Shown here: positions 1-14,206 of the stretch, in pieces | Position numbering within the stretch: position 1 is the stretch's first letter | How the letters are laid out: each line of letters starts with the position of its first letter | NCBI GenBank assembly: GCA_951406725.2 | Contig: OX597825.1 | Coordinates: forward strand, 87,482,001-87,546,000 | Source of the DNA: Octopus vulgaris | Lineage: Eukaryota | Direction: 5' to 3' | DNA length: 64,000 nt | The notes under the pieces: model-generated | What the model saw: the letters and a program-made list of their open reading frames with translations, nothing else | Told to the model about the DNA's origin: nothing | The model's database searches: none | Translations under genes and position numbers: made by a program

Positions 1-1430
1 TAAATTTCTCTCATTTCTTTGTGACTTTTAGAGGCACCATGTCTGGAATCGTATCAAGTTATTTAACACGAGATATATTTGACGGTTATTCATAAGAGAA
101 AAAATGCGATTCCTTGCATTTTCAAATATCGAGCAAAGATTATTACATACTAACTCAATAGTTTCTTTCATTACTAATTCTAGAAAATAATATCAGCTGT
201 ATTTTCCAAAAATTATGGAGAAGAAAGATAAGATGATTTTATTGTGATTATAAGATGATTGTATTCTGATTATAATGCTTTAATAATTCTGAAGTCAAAA
301 TATTCTGCACACATCTGTCATAAACAAAAATCTACCTTCTTAGCTTTCATCTTGACAATCATATAATAATGAACATTACAATAAACGGAACGTATTGAAA
401 TCTGTTTTCACGTATTAATTACATTCGACATTAAGTAGGTTTATTATCATTATTCTGAAGACGTGTTTCAGTGTGTTTATTGAATTTGGTGTAACCTACT
501 TCTTGATTCTTATCGGAGCAAATACATCTGAAGGTTAAAACGAAGAATTTTCTTTCAGAAACAGTTTATATGAGTATAAATTATATAATATGAAAAATGT
601 AGTTTCTTGAATTTTCCTGATCAGAAGACGCTATTGATTACTCATCAATCATGGTGAACCTTCTCAAAGAATTCTGTTAATTATTTCCGTTAGATACATG
701 ATTAAATTTAATTAAGTAGTACATTCATTATTAAATTAAGCTGATTCAAATAGTTTGAAACACTCCAATCTAAACACAAACATTAGCAGAATACAAATAG
801 AACAGCGCACTTTGCCTCATCGCTCGTTTTACACAGATTACTTCCGTAAACTATACAAGGAAAAATATTCGGAGTCAATCACCAATAGATACACTCAATT
901 GAATAAGCCCAAATCTGTGATTTTCTCCATCAATGATATTGCATATAAACAAAAGGGGTCCTAGTTCCAGGAACCCGCACTATGCAACACACCTTCATTA
1001 TCTATATAGCTGACAAACTTATCAAGTTAAAAGAAGCTAGAAGAAAAAAAAAATTATTTATCGTATGCAATCCAAATAGCTGGATGTTGGAGTGTACAGT
1101 GTAGTTTTCTGTTCGACGTAGAAATGTTATAAGGGATTTATGGATCAGACATATTGTCTAGCCGTTGAAGTACGGGATGTTGGCTTGCTTTACTAAATGA
1201 GACCAAGGGCTAAAACAATACCAAAGAGAGTCTTTCGATCTCAAAGTGTCAGTGAACAAGTATTAGTTGTGTGGCCAATTTTTTTTACACCTCATCAAAG
1301 CCAATTCAATTTAATTTACAAGTTTTGTGTGTTATCAAATAGCCAATGCATTTTGAACAGATTTTGTATCAGCCTAGATTTTCACGACTCCAAATTTACT
1401 ATAATCGCCTGTCTTTTCTCCTCTCTCTGA

Positions 1431-1478
<48 letters not shown>

Positions 1479-1499
1479 TTTTTTTTTTTTTTTTTTTTT

Positions 1500-1717
1500 T
1501 TGTACTTGTTTCAGTCATTTGACTGCGGCCATGCTGGAGCACCGCCTTTAGAGTGGTGAAAGAGTACAGCAGGGATCACCACCATCCCCTGCCGGAGCCT
1601 CGTGGAGCTTTTAGGTGTTTTCGCTCAATAAACACACACAACGCCCGGTCTGGGAATCGAAACCACGATCCTCCGACCGCAAGTCCGCTGCCCTAACCAC
1701 TTGGCCATTGCGCCTCC

Positions 1718-1718
<1 letters not shown>
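1500..1718 (-). mobile_element. tRNA-derived SINE (plus adjoining SINE 3' fragment)
   Basis: Minus strand starts GGAGGCGCAATGGCCAAGTGGTTAGG (A box) ... GGTTTCGATTCCC (B box). Related copies at ~12250 and ~23470. Confidence 0.85.
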
Positions 1719-1763
<45 letters not shown>

Positions 1764-1766
<3 letters not shown>

Positions 1767-2308
1767 TATTATAAAAGGCAGATTTTATCTGCCTCCCTTT
1801 GTAACTTATAGAAATCTACAATATAGGATTTCTTCAATTACAATTTACCTAGCATTTTTAAGAGTAGAATGCATCGGGTCATGCCAGGTCCAGTTTTTAA
1901 AATTTAAACTCCAATTAAGCAAAATTTACAGAAAACTCACATTCTGGTGTGTATGTTAAATGCTTTTCTTAATGTGGTTTACACCACACGCACACGCACA
2001 CACACAGTGTGCAACGAATAAAATGAAAGTAAATAGCGACAGAGTGATTTGAGGAAGACTAAACTGAAAGTATTTAAACCACTACTCAAAAAATAAAAAA
2101 ACACAGCAAACAGAAACAAATAAATACATAACGATTTACTCCTCACACAATTTCTTCAATTAGAGTTTACCTAAGATTTTTCAAAGTACTCCATTCGGTC
2201 ATGCCATAATATATTTCTTTCAATTTCACCCCCAATTAAGACAAAATTCGAGAAAACTCAATATTTTAACATTTCACTCCGAAAGCATTGATGTACATGT
2301 GTGCGTGC

Positions 2309-2345
<37 letters not shown>

Positions 2346-3437
2346 ATGGGTTGTGCGACACAGAAAGTGTGGTGTGTAAGTGAAGTGCTTTTGTTAGTGT
2401 GTGTAAAGAGACAGACAGAGTGAAAGACAGAAATAACTGAACTTTTTTTATTCACTTTTTGTAGTGAGTGACTGAGAGAGAAAAGAGAGAGATAGGTTAT
2501 GTATGTATATATGTATGTATGGCTTCAGTGACACACACACACAAAAACACATACCTACGTACACCTAAAGCACGCACACACACACACACACACAAGCGGA
2601 GCGCGAACTTCAAAATTTTGGTAGTATTAATTTGCCAGCGTACTTCTAAGCGCGCGTAATTGAAAGTTTTCACTATGATATCATCACGTGCGAAAAAATT
2701 CGAAGGGTTTTGAACAATTGAGATACAGATGTCACGCCTATATTGAAACCATTGCTAAGCTGCCGTAATTGCTTAATTAAGACTTTGTTTAAATTGAAAG
2801 GGGCAAATATGTGACGAGGTTGAAGAAAAATACCCCAGAAAAAAAAATGTACTGCTGGTATTTATATAATTCACTACTATTTTGCTACAATGTCATGAAA
2901 AAGAAAAAAATTAGGTATGTAAATCGAATTCGCCACCCCCTTTTCCCCGTTCGCGTTTGTGTAAAAAAAAATTATTATTTAAGTTTTAAAAATTATTTAC
3001 TTTGTTCAAAAAATATTAATATTAATTAATTTTCAAGAATTATTTAATTTTATTCTGTAAAATAGCAATTAATTCATTTATCTGTAAATCCGTGAGGTTG
3101 TTACTCAGGCACCTAGAATGGTAACCTTCAACTAACACTATCTCCTCCGAGACCCTGCGGCGCAAGTTGACCAAAATTGAGAGTATGGTAGAAGAAGGGT
3201 TGCTCTTCCTTCCGTAGAACATAAAATTCAAATCGGACCATGTTAACACCAAAAATTATTTACATCAAAAAGATGCTTTTTTCTATGAAAATCCCTATTT
3301 TTTACGATTTTTTCACTGCTGTGTCGCCACTTTTCGGTGTATTTCGACCAGAAAAATGTTCACAAAATTTTTACTTTTCAAAATTACAATTCCAGCGGGT
3401 CGAAACAAACCCGAGCAACGCCGGGCGATACTGCTAG
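1764..3437 (+). mobile_element. Non-autonomous Helitron
   Basis: Seen: A|TC 5' end (TCTTATTATAAAAGG), subterminal hairpin CCCG-AGCAACGC-CGGG at 3410-3425, CTAG|T 3' end; (TA)n on both sides; no RepHel ORF. These are canonical Helitron termini. Confidence 0.8.
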
Positions 3438-4818
3438 TATATATATATATGTATATATATATAAGAGAGAGGGGGAGAGAAGAAGGAGAGCTAGAGAAAG
3501 AGAGATAGAGAGTAAGGAAGCCAGCGAGAGAGAGAGAGAAATAGATAGATATATATAGAAATTAGTTGCGACGTTATAGGTAACAAGCTGTATCGGCCTT
3601 TGACTTTCCCTTGGGTTGATGGTGTGGTGAGGGGAGGCTGGCATGTATGGGTAACTGCTGGTCTTCCATACACAACCTTGCCCGGACTTGTGCCTCGGAG
3701 GATAACTTTCTATCTGCAGTCCGATAGTCATTGATCACCGAAGGAGGTCTTTACCGTTTATATTATAAATGTATAAAATAGACACACACAAACACACTCT
3801 CTCACACGCGCGCATACAGCATCCGTGCAATCATGGTTCTAGAATACCGCCCACAACTCATGCTTCCATCGGTCTGCTCCGCGATATCACGGCAGGCTAT
3901 TAACTCGGAGTGATGTAAGACAGAAAGCAACAAAGAGTTGCTGTATTTCTGCTATATCCGGTTGATCAAAATGAAGTGATCGATATAGTATTAGTTGCTA
4001 TCGATGAGTTTCTGTTCTACTATATTCGTATCGATATCTTGTATTGTGATTTGTGCGTCACACTATAATTGATGCTTAACAATACTATCAGATATTCGGT
4101 CAGATTCGAAAACAGAATTCCAGCCTAGTGTATCCACCGTTATCTCATAGAAGCTGTAACTTCTCCCATTTCAATTTCCCTTGAAGCTAAATAAACGGGA
4201 TCTGTGGTGATTGATCGTAAACTCAATTTAGTGGTTACCCACATTGAGCATCGCTTCAAAACCTATCTATTCCAGAAACACCTAATCTTTGTGTAACGCT
4301 ATACACACGAATTTCGGTTAGAAACTTCATTTTCCTTATAACACAATTTACTTAAATTTCATGACTGGCACCATGTAATTTGGTTCTCCATTATAAGAAC
4401 TTTGTTATTCTTAAGTATGTTGACGTAATTATACATAATAAAACAGCGCTAATCAGTTATATTTTTATATATGGCCGCAAGATCTTATTTTTCTTTCAAT
4501 CTCATTTGTAGTTCCTATTCTCGTGAGTAAATTACAGCTTTAATTGCTTTCCGAAATGTCAACGTAAACAAGATTGTTTGAATGTGCGGCCATAAGCGCA
4601 CGCACCCACACGCAGATTCATACGTAAATACATACACACTTTGTGCGTGTGTTTATGTGTGTACTGATGGCTGTGCATTCAAATTCTTGTTTTCGTTGAC
4701 ATTTCGGAAAGCAATTAAAGTAGTAATTTACTCACGAGATCATACTGAATAAGTATATATAATATATAATATATAATATATATATAAAATATTAATTATA
4801 TTATAATGTGTGTATACT

Positions 4819-4857
<39 letters not shown>

Positions 4858-5156
4858 TATATAAATATATATATTATATATATGTGTAAAGTATATAATG
4901 TATATATATATATATACGCATATAAATATATATATATTCACACAAATATATATATATATATATATATATACAGAGAGAGAGAGAGAGAGAGAGAGGGGGG
5001 TTACGAGAGGTAATGTTATCATTGAGACCCAAAGGTGTCAGGTAATGCTGAGTAAGTGCTATGGATAGGCCATAGTTAAGTTCCAGGTTCGGTGATTATG
5101 CAAATAAGGAGTCCAACGTAGGACATATATGAGCGTGAGTATATAAACATTTTTTT

Positions 5157-5250
5157 GTAATGAGGTAAAAAAAAACAAGGCTGTGAAGATTTCAGAACAT
5201 TTATAAATGTTCTAAAATCTGCACAGCCTTGGTTTTTTTTATCTCATTAC
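5157..5250. repeat. 94-bp loop-less palindrome (47-bp arms, 4 mismatches)
   Basis: Checked base by base; centre ACATTTA|TAAATGT. Confidence 0.9.
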
Positions 5251-5403
<153 letters not shown>

Positions 5404-5779
5404 TATAAATACCTATATATAAATAGACATGCAGATACCCACTGGTTATATTGAATAAACAAAGCTAGTTAATACAAAAATAGAGTGAATGGTTTATCTA
5501 GGCATAGGACATGTTGCGAGGGCGAAAGAACTAACCTTAAGAGATTACCCTAAAGTAGCCAACAAAAATGCAGTTTAGATAAGCTCAATGTACCTGTATA
5601 GATATTAGAAACACACGTACACACGAATGCACACGCGGTCGCATATATACAGAAACAGACAAAATGATATTTAAATACCGAATCGTATTTATAGAGGTAA
5701 ACTTATCTCCATAGATGAATAAATATTAACGATATGTGTGTGTGTATAAGTATATCTATCTATCTATATATATATATGA

Positions 5780-5850
<71 letters not shown>

Positions 5851-6044
5851 AAGAGAGACAGAGAGATAGAGAGAGAGAGAGAAAGAGAGAGAGAGAAAGA
5901 GAGAGAGAGAGGTTCAGCAAAAATTTAGATTCAGAAGAATATGGTACTTAAGTTGTGGCACCAGAATTTAGTACGGTATTATCCGTACAATTTCAAAGTA
6001 AGGTGATTAAAATCAAAATAAGCAACAAAGATATCCAGAGGTAA

Positions 6045-6131
6045 TGCAGTACGATCGTTTCATACAACACCATTTAATTGAACAATGCAATCAATACATC
6101 AATTTAAAATGCAGAGCAATCTTCAGCTGCA
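6045..6131 (-). ncRNA. Hammerhead ribozyme motif in a probable PLE 3'-end relic (~5911-6300)
   Basis: Minus strand: TGCAG CTGAAGA [long stem II] GAAA CGATCG TA CTGCA. Perfect 5-bp stem I and palindromic stem III. Confidence 0.75.
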
Positions 6132-6430
6132 CAAAGACATAGAATTTAATTAAATTAGTAGAGATGGACACATTAGTACAATTATACCTAAAATTTCCAA
6201 GAACTCAAGGAGATAGACAAAGAACATACTGTTCTCACTCCAGCATAGAAGTTACTAAGCTTTTCAAGAAGATATACATTGTTACGGACTCTGCCTATCA
6301 CTGATTTTTTAAAATTATGGTGTCTGTTTTAACTTTTAGACAAGTTTATCAAAACCCTTGGATAGATAGATAGATAGATAGATAGATAGCTAGCTAGCTA
6401 GATAGATATATATATAGATAGATAGATAGG

Positions 6431-6483
<53 letters not shown>

Positions 6484-6587
6484 GGATAGATAGATAGTTA
6501 GATAGATAGATAGATTGATATATAGATAGATATATACATACATACATACGTATGTATGTAGGAAGCAAAGAGAGAGAGACCATATTA

Positions 6588-6625
<38 letters not shown>

Positions 6626-7201
6626 TAAAACTTGCGTTTAATGTGAGTATAGGCATTTGTGTGCCATTGTAATAATATCTGCAGATAAGTTCATGTGCGC
6701 CATTCACATCGATAACTTGCGGTTGGTTCATGAATGACGGCGCATCAAAGAGGAACCGGTAGAAATGAAATATAAACAAGATATTCAAAGCACATCTGTT
6801 CGTATGTTGGAGGAGACATCGCTTCGATTTGTTCTCATCTATAAGTAATTTTTCTGTATTGTTATATAGTGTACGATCTGTAACCAGCGGCTATTCACCA
6901 AACAAAACATACCATCTTTTATACCAGATGCCTTTTAATAAAACAGTACAACTTAAGATTGTCTAAAATGTAGTATGTACTATATATATATATATGTGTG
7001 TGTGTGTGTACGTCTGGGCGTGTCTGTGCGTATATGCGTATATGTGTGCATGTGTGCGTCTGTGCATGTGTGTATGTGCATGTGCGCATGTGTGCGCGAG
7101 TGTCGAGTGTGTTAGTGTGTATGTATATGTGTATGTGCCTGTACATGTGTATGTAGTATGTGCGTATATATATATATATATATATATATAGGTATACAGA
7201 T

Positions 7202-7257
<56 letters not shown>

Positions 7258-7397
7258 GTATATATAAGTGCATACATACGTGCATATACACATATGTGTA
7301 TATGTATATATGTATATATATATATACATATTGTATATTTATATATTTATATATGTGTGTGTGTATACAAATACACGCTCACACACACAAACACAAC

Positions 7398-7428
<31 letters not shown>

Positions 7429-8690
7429 CATATATATATACATATGAACGAATGTTATGAGCATTCATCCATAATTATACATCTATGCATATATGTGAGT
7501 ATATGTATATGTGTCTATGTATGTGAATATATGTGTGCGTGTGATCTTTCATTCCAATGTGTATTTGACAGGTGTATCAAGATATAGCAGTAAATGTCTG
7601 TGGTTATAATAAACCTTTCGTTCATAGTGTAGAAAACTCCTTTAATGTTCCTAACTTTTACTTGCACAGTTTGTCGGCAACGCTGGTTTCAATATTCTTC
7701 ATTTTATTTAACTGAGATTTTACAGAAGTTGAAAGTTTTACAAAACAAATCAAAGTAGAAAATAAATTCTAATCAAAAGCGTAAACAAAGACATCGAAAA
7801 TGTGGATGCATATTATATTGAGAAGAAATATCGGTTGTGCAAGGAAGCCACCTGCTGCGCATGCACTGAGTGAGATACTTTGAATATTTATTTTAAGCTA
7901 GTGTTGTTAGCATTGCGATGATATTATGATGGGTTATTTAATAGTATTTAAACATTTATGTTACCATAAAGCTGGTTGGTAGTTGTAGTTGAATAGTTGG
8001 ATTGTGAGAAAAAATGTCATGGAGAATATAAATGCTAGAGAGAAAGAACTATGGAGAAGAGGAGAGACATAGACAGAGAGAGAAGGAGAGAGAGAAAGAG
8101 AGAGAGTGTGTGTAAAGGAGAGAAAGAGAGAGACTGAAAGAGAAAGAGAGAAAGAGGGAGAGAGACAGATTATACAATATGACATCTGCCAAATATATTA
8201 TGAAAATCACTTTTGAAAATAGAAAGTATCTTGTGATATTTCGAAAATTGTAATTTAAATTCTGAAAATAAATAAGTATATAATAGAAAGTCTAGAAAAC
8301 AAAAGTATCCGGCATAATAATGTGGTTCGATTCGATTCTTTTACACTGCGCCACATGTATTAAAGGCACGATTGTGTTCTAGTTTGATTTATTTGTGTAA
8401 GTTCCACATTTCCTTTTGTTTGGTAACTCGTTTGAAACAGAGGCTTTGTGTAATAGATCGCTTATAATCCAATCTTACAATCTAGATCCTGGTTAATAAG
8501 TTGGGAATTTGTAGCTAGTTGCATGTGCTTCATGTTTGCCAAGATATAAAACAGTTCTATTCACTAGGGTTCCAACCCATTACTTTCTAAAACAACCTTA
8601 ATATAAACGGATTGCTACACGCCAAACAACGTTGCGCATGTTTCTTCCAATGTCTTCCACAACACGAAATTATAAATACTTCAATAAAAA

Positions 8691-8938
8691 ATGTTCCTTC
8701 TCGAGCCATGCCAGGCTCATAAGGGCCGGTTTCCCAGTTTCAGTGACGTAGAAATTCCCCAGCTGGACGGGACGTCGTTCCATCGCAGGATTACTCATTT
8801 TTGCCAGCTGAGTGGACTGGAGAAACGTGAAATGAAGTGTTTTGCTCAAGAACACAACGCATCGCCCGGTCCAGGAATCGAAACCACAACCTTACGATCA
8901 TGAGGTCAACACCCTAACCACTAAGCCACGCACCTCCA
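8691..8938 (-). mobile_element. tRNA-derived SINE
   Basis: Minus strand GGAGGTGCGTGGCTTAGTGGTTAGG ... GGTTTCGATTCC, then GTGTTCTTGAGCAAAACACTTCA body. Confidence 0.8.
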
Positions 8939-9619
8939 CATAAATACTTAAACGCATCCAGGATTTGAAATAAGTTTTTAAAAGTCTAGAATTATTGCCA
9001 ACTGTAGAATTTCTGAGGCGATGCGATGGAAAACCCTCTACACGTGATTCGAAATTGTTCGATTTCAGTTAATATTGCTTTAAAAAGAATCCTTAATATG
9101 GCGGTCAAGGAAAATAGAACCAGAAAGCAAAATTGAAAATCATAAACGACGCAAAAATATTGAAATTGTTGTGTTTTCAGTATTCTTTACCAAAGTTGAA
9201 ACACAAAATATTGTGTACTCTGTCTGTTGATCCTGAAATAACTTTTGAATTTAATGTACATGTTTTATGACAAAGCATCACATCACTTAACATCTTGCTA
9301 AGATCTGAATACAACAAACTGTCAGTGCAATTTCCTCAAGATGAGATGTTTTTCCTTTTATCATTCTTCTTGGCTCATTTCGTGTAAGTCGAGCGAAAGA
9401 AGTCGCGTGTCAAAAGACAAATCGAATGAAATTAAAATCGCAAGAGGTATCTGACTGATGTTCTACGCAGATTAGATTTTATATACACCATCTCACCGGT
9501 GCCTAACATCTTCCAACAGTAAATAGAAGCAGGTCCGAAAAATTACAATGAAAGCGTTAACAAGCATATATCCACTATATTCTCACAAATAAGCGCATGT
9601 AAACAATATGTATTATCTA

Positions 9620-9780
9620 ATGGCTTCAGACTTTTGGCACGAGGCCAGCGATTTCGCGGAGAGATCAAGTTGACCCCGGTGCTTAATTAATACTTATTTC
9701 AATGGCCCCGAAATGATGAAAAGCAAAGGCAGAAATTTTGAACGGCAGAATTTGAACGGAGAACGTTAAGACGGACGAAT
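9620..9780 (-). mobile_element. Degenerate SINE fragment
   Basis: Similar to copies at 10395, 36052 and 48708 (ttggcacaaggccagc...gatgaaaggcaaag...gaatttgaac). Confidence 0.6.
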
Positions 9781-10296
9781 ATATATTCTATGTGAACATT
9801 GGTTAAACTTTAGAGAGCTGACATTCATTGGGTGTGCTTGGGTCATCAGCTGGCCTTAATCAGGCTCTGAAATCTGCCCACCACGATATAAGTGTACGGA
9901 AAGCAACGTCGGATGCTAAAGCAAATTTCAAATACAATATTATCGATCAGTCAGTTGTTACTTGCGAAATTGAAACTAAATTTGTTTACGAAAATTGGCA
10001 GGTTTTTTTTTCTTTTTTTTTTTCAAACACCAGATTTAGACATCTGCTTCTACTTTCGTTTATTGTGGAAATAAATTATATATATATTCCCTGGCAGCTG
10101 TTCAATACGGCACAATCGCAGAGAGAGAAAGAAGGAGAGAGAGGGAGAGAGTGAAAGAGATAAAGAGAGTGAGGGAGACATGAAAAAGACAGGGAGAGAG
10201 AGAGAGAGAGAGAGAAAGAACATTAAAAACAAAAGTTACAAGAAAAGTTTTGCAAAAATAACCACAACAGTCATCACAATAAATATGAGGATGTTG

Positions 10297-10392
<96 letters not shown>
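10297..10392. repeat. (TAA)n microsatellite
   Basis: Direct reading. Confidence 0.97.
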
Positions 10393-10394
<2 letters not shown>

Positions 10395-10545
10395 TCTTTC
10401 TACTGAAGGCACAAAGCCTGAAATTTGGTAAGGGGGACTAGTCGATTACATCGACCCCCACACTTTCACTGGTACTTAATTAATCGACTCCCAAAGCGTT
10501 AAAGGCAAAGTCGACCTCAGCGGAATTTGAACTCAGAATGTAAAT
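10395..10545 (-). mobile_element. SINE fragment next to (TAA)n
   Basis: gtcgattacatcgacccc...aaaggcaaagtcgacctc..ggaatttgaactcagaa, shared with 36052-36320. Confidence 0.7.
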
Positions 10546-10549
10546 CATG

Positions 10550-11345
10550 TAAATAATCATCCGGGTTTTCCATTTGGCAATTCTATGCCCTTAAAATTTA
10601 CTCTTTCCACCCACTTCAAAGTAAGACTTGCCAGTTAGAGATACTGAATTCCATCCCTAGACCCTCGCTGCACTTTTGCACAGTCTCAACCAGCCTCTTC
10701 CTGTCAGGATCTGTTTATGCGAACAACTTTAAATCAAGGTGGTTGAAATGAGGTCCATTCTTTCTCAGCACACTGTGCATGTTGACTTTGCGTAGGTCTA
10801 CAGAAAGTGGGACCAAGGCTATAAGAAAAATAACAGAGGTGAACAAGAATCTCCTTGGAAGATACCTCTTTTCATTGTTACCTCGACTAAGTGCTGCTTG
10901 TTACAAGGAAGACGTATTTTCCAACTACGTATGATCTTCTTAATCAATGCACACACGTTCTCAGCTATTTCACACATGTCGAGTGTTTCCAAAATAAACG
11001 AATGCGGCAACATATGGTAAGCCTTTTTGAAGTCAATCCAGGCCATGCACAAGTTTTTTCGGTACCGTTTACAGTCCTTCATTATAACTTTGTCTATCAT
11101 AAGGCGGTTCGTGGTACCCTTGGATCCTTTTTGGCATCCCTTTTCTTCTACTTGTAGCAGATTGTTTTCCGCAAGGAACTTATATATTTTCCCTGCGAGG
11201 ATACCTGTTAATACTTTTCATAGGATGGTGAGACAAGCAACGGGTCGGTAATAGCCAACCTCATTGCTTTTGACCGATCTTTCATTAACAATGTTGTTCT
11301 TCCCTCTACCATCCACTCCAGGACTGCACCACAATTGTCTAATTG
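10550..11345 (-). mobile_element. Decayed non-LTR retrotransposon RT fragment (R4/Dong-like)
   Basis: ORF 10819..11100: MAWIDFKKAY..PHS, RGIFQGDSCSPLLF. Homologous to 56620-57230. Confidence 0.85.
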
Positions 11346-11959
11346 CAACGTAATTCTTTTGTTAACCCTTCTTGATCATTCGGGGATCGATTCCTTTCAG
11401 GCTGTTTTTTTTTTGAGTGGGAGTAGCCTCTACGTTTTTATTGAAATAGAAATATAGACCAATTCCTCGTGCCAGGTGAGAACTTGCTTCTCCGTACACT
11501 GAGTTGCAAGCCTAACCAATATCCCGGTTGTTTCCTGTTATAAACTTTAAATTCTTTCAGTATATTGGCGAACAAATCGATTTCCGATAAGGCGGCATAA
11601 CTGTGACGTTTGTTATATTCCAACCTCAACCCATTCGCCGTTTAGTTTATAGACCAGTGAACATATCTTTCGGTTTACGATCTCTTATATAATATCTGGA
11701 GTCAAGGTTATGAAAGTCTTCCTGCCTACTTGCGCGTTGAGTCTTCTCTTATTTGTTTCTCCATATTATCTAGATTAGCATGCATCGAGTTTCTTTTTCT
11801 TCTTGTGAAAGTATCAGCTTTTGCACAGCTCTTTCTAAGAGTATCATTAATGTTGATACTGTTGCTATTGCAGCTGTTGATGTTGCTGTTGAGCGAACGG
11901 TCTTCGTCCCAGAGTGGGAGAAGTCCGAAACGTGGTACTTTGCTATTCGTAAAACCCGC

Positions 11960-12248
11960 AGAAGTGAAAGCAGGTCAACCCCCGACACCGAGAGCATCAA
12001 CGGATGGATGAATGCGCATCCAGGCTCAGGGGTTGCGTAAGAAGTCGGGGACAAGAAACAGGAAGAAAGAGTGAGAGAAAGTTGGAGCAAAAGAGTACAA
12101 CAGGGGTCGCCACCACCCCCTGTCGGAGCCTCGTGGAGCTTTAGGTGTTGTCGCTCAATAAACACACACAACGCCCAATTTGGGAATCGAAACCGCGATC
12201 CTCCGACCGCGAGTCCGCTGCCCTAACCATTGGGCCATTTCGCCTCCA
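11960..12248 (-). mobile_element. tRNA-derived SINE, same family as 1560-1718
   Basis: Near-identical head (ccctaacca.tgggccatt.cgcctcca) and body (ggagcctcgtggagctttaggtgt). Confidence 0.85.
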
Positions 12249-13435
12249 CTGCTATTGCAGCTTGTGATCACATTGGGTGCGGTAGTCGTGAAAGTGGTGG
12301 TGGTTACGACTTGTGTTGCAAACTGTGTTGTTTCAGGTGATACCTTCTTCCATGGCCTTCGTACTAAATATTTTGTCGGTGGTGGTGACGGTGATGCTCA
12401 CAAGTGTCACTAGCGTGTAACATGTCGCTAGCCTCTGCCATACGCAAGTCACAGAGGACGATAGAGATAGTGTTGGTGCCGTTGCTGTTATGTTCATCTG
12501 CTTAAAGAGAATGCTGGTGGCGTCGACGATGTTGTCGTTGCCACTGTATTCTGTGGATTTTCTCAGTTTCTTTAAATATTTAATTGGATGTAATAGGCGT
12601 AGTAAACATGTCATCACAGGAATTGGAGCGTTGAAAGCGGTTTCAATTTCGACAAATACGGGGAAGAATGACAAGTCAAACATTTCGCTTGGTCCAAACA
12701 TTTGAACCTAAATGAGAACATGTGGAAGTTTCGCAAATGAGAATTCAAGAGGAATAATTTGAATGTCAAAGACATTTTGGAGATTCAACAATGCTATAAA
12801 ACCATTGTAATGCATCTATCAATGTAGAGTCTGGTGGTGCGTCTAGAATTAGGCGCTACTCGCAGAAACAGATCGCACGTGCATTTGCAGACAGGGCCCT
12901 CATTATAGTTCAGATTTGCTTTAAGTTTTCTGTTTAAGAATCGTCGATAGCAGAATTGGTAGAACCGGGCCTTATTCAGTGTTATAGTCAGTCATGTGTG
13001 TCTCTCTCCATCTTCTGAGTCATGCGGAGTTGACTCAATAATTTTCATCCGTCCAGTGTCAATAGCATCAAAGTGCTGATGTTGAATAAGTTATTCATAA
13101 ATATGTGCCATCGACCCTGTAGAATAAAACTAGGTTTGCTGTAATACTGTTGGCTGATTTAAAAAGTGAAATTCTTAGGTGCGAATGTTTATGTCGAACA
13201 TAGGAAATGTTAATCTTTTCTGCGGTTTCTTTATTTATTCATGAAAAATCGAATCAAAGTATGGATTCATGGATTTCCTACATAGATTTAATATCTAAAT
13301 ATAATTAGAAAGATTTCTTCGGCAAAAGCTTATTTTGTAGAATAAAGCTTGTAACACACATAATTTAGCCGTTCTTCCTGGTGAGATGTCTTTTTAAGTA
13401 GCCTGGAGATGAAAGTCGGCACATGGAAGATTAGC

Positions 13436-13535
<100 letters not shown>

Positions 13536-13667
13536 TAATAAAAAGAATTCCAACCTTGTCTGATTTTCACGTTTTATTTACAATCTTATAATGATATATT
13601 ATAAGATAATATATTATAATTGAATAAAATAAAATGAAATAGTAGAATGTTAAATATTCATTCTGAT

Positions 13668-13712
13668 TGAACTAGTACTTTCATGCATTGAATTCTGCAA
13701 TCTTCGGGTTCA
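13668..13712 (-). ncRNA. Mirror copy of the minimal hammerhead ribozyme (left arm)
   Basis: Reverse complement of 18554-18598. Confidence 0.8.
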
Positions 13713-14206
13713 TGTAGTAGTGTTGACAGTCATGCTTCACAATTTTTGACTGTAGCAAGATGAGTGATTCTGTGCTATAAATACAGCTGGGTAGGCTCCA
13801 GAGTGCTAGGTTTTGCAAACTGTATTCTGACCAATCAGTGTGTAGTATCACTCAATTACTTAAGCTGATTGGTTGGTTGAGCTGATTGGTTTAGGCATCA
13901 CGCTTTGTTGGACAGGTCAAGAGTCCTGTATCTTGACCCTGGCCGAAGCAGCAATTGTTGGGTTATTTTTAGAAATGTTGTAAATATCCTTTGTCAGAGA
14001 TTTTTATATTTTTATATTTCAATTGTCATCATCATCATTGTCAGCACCTTAATTATTATTGCTAGTGGTGATGGTGGTGGCAATAGAACTTTTAACCCTA
14101 AATAAGATAATTTTCCTGCTATCTTCGTCTTGATCACCTTTAGTATTGTTGTTGTTGTTAGTGGTCATGGTCGTAGCAGTGGAAGTAATACCTCTAAGTA
14201 TTATTA

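Noticed and set aside
1640-1718. tRNA-like sequences here and at ~8870-8938, 12175-12248, 23395-23468, 50272-50340
   Set aside because: They continue into shared repeat bodies and lack a proper acceptor stem, so they are SINE heads rather than tRNA genes.
12333-12705. 122-aa and 71-aa overlapping ORFs
   Set aside because: No recognisable domain or splice support; probably repeat-derived.
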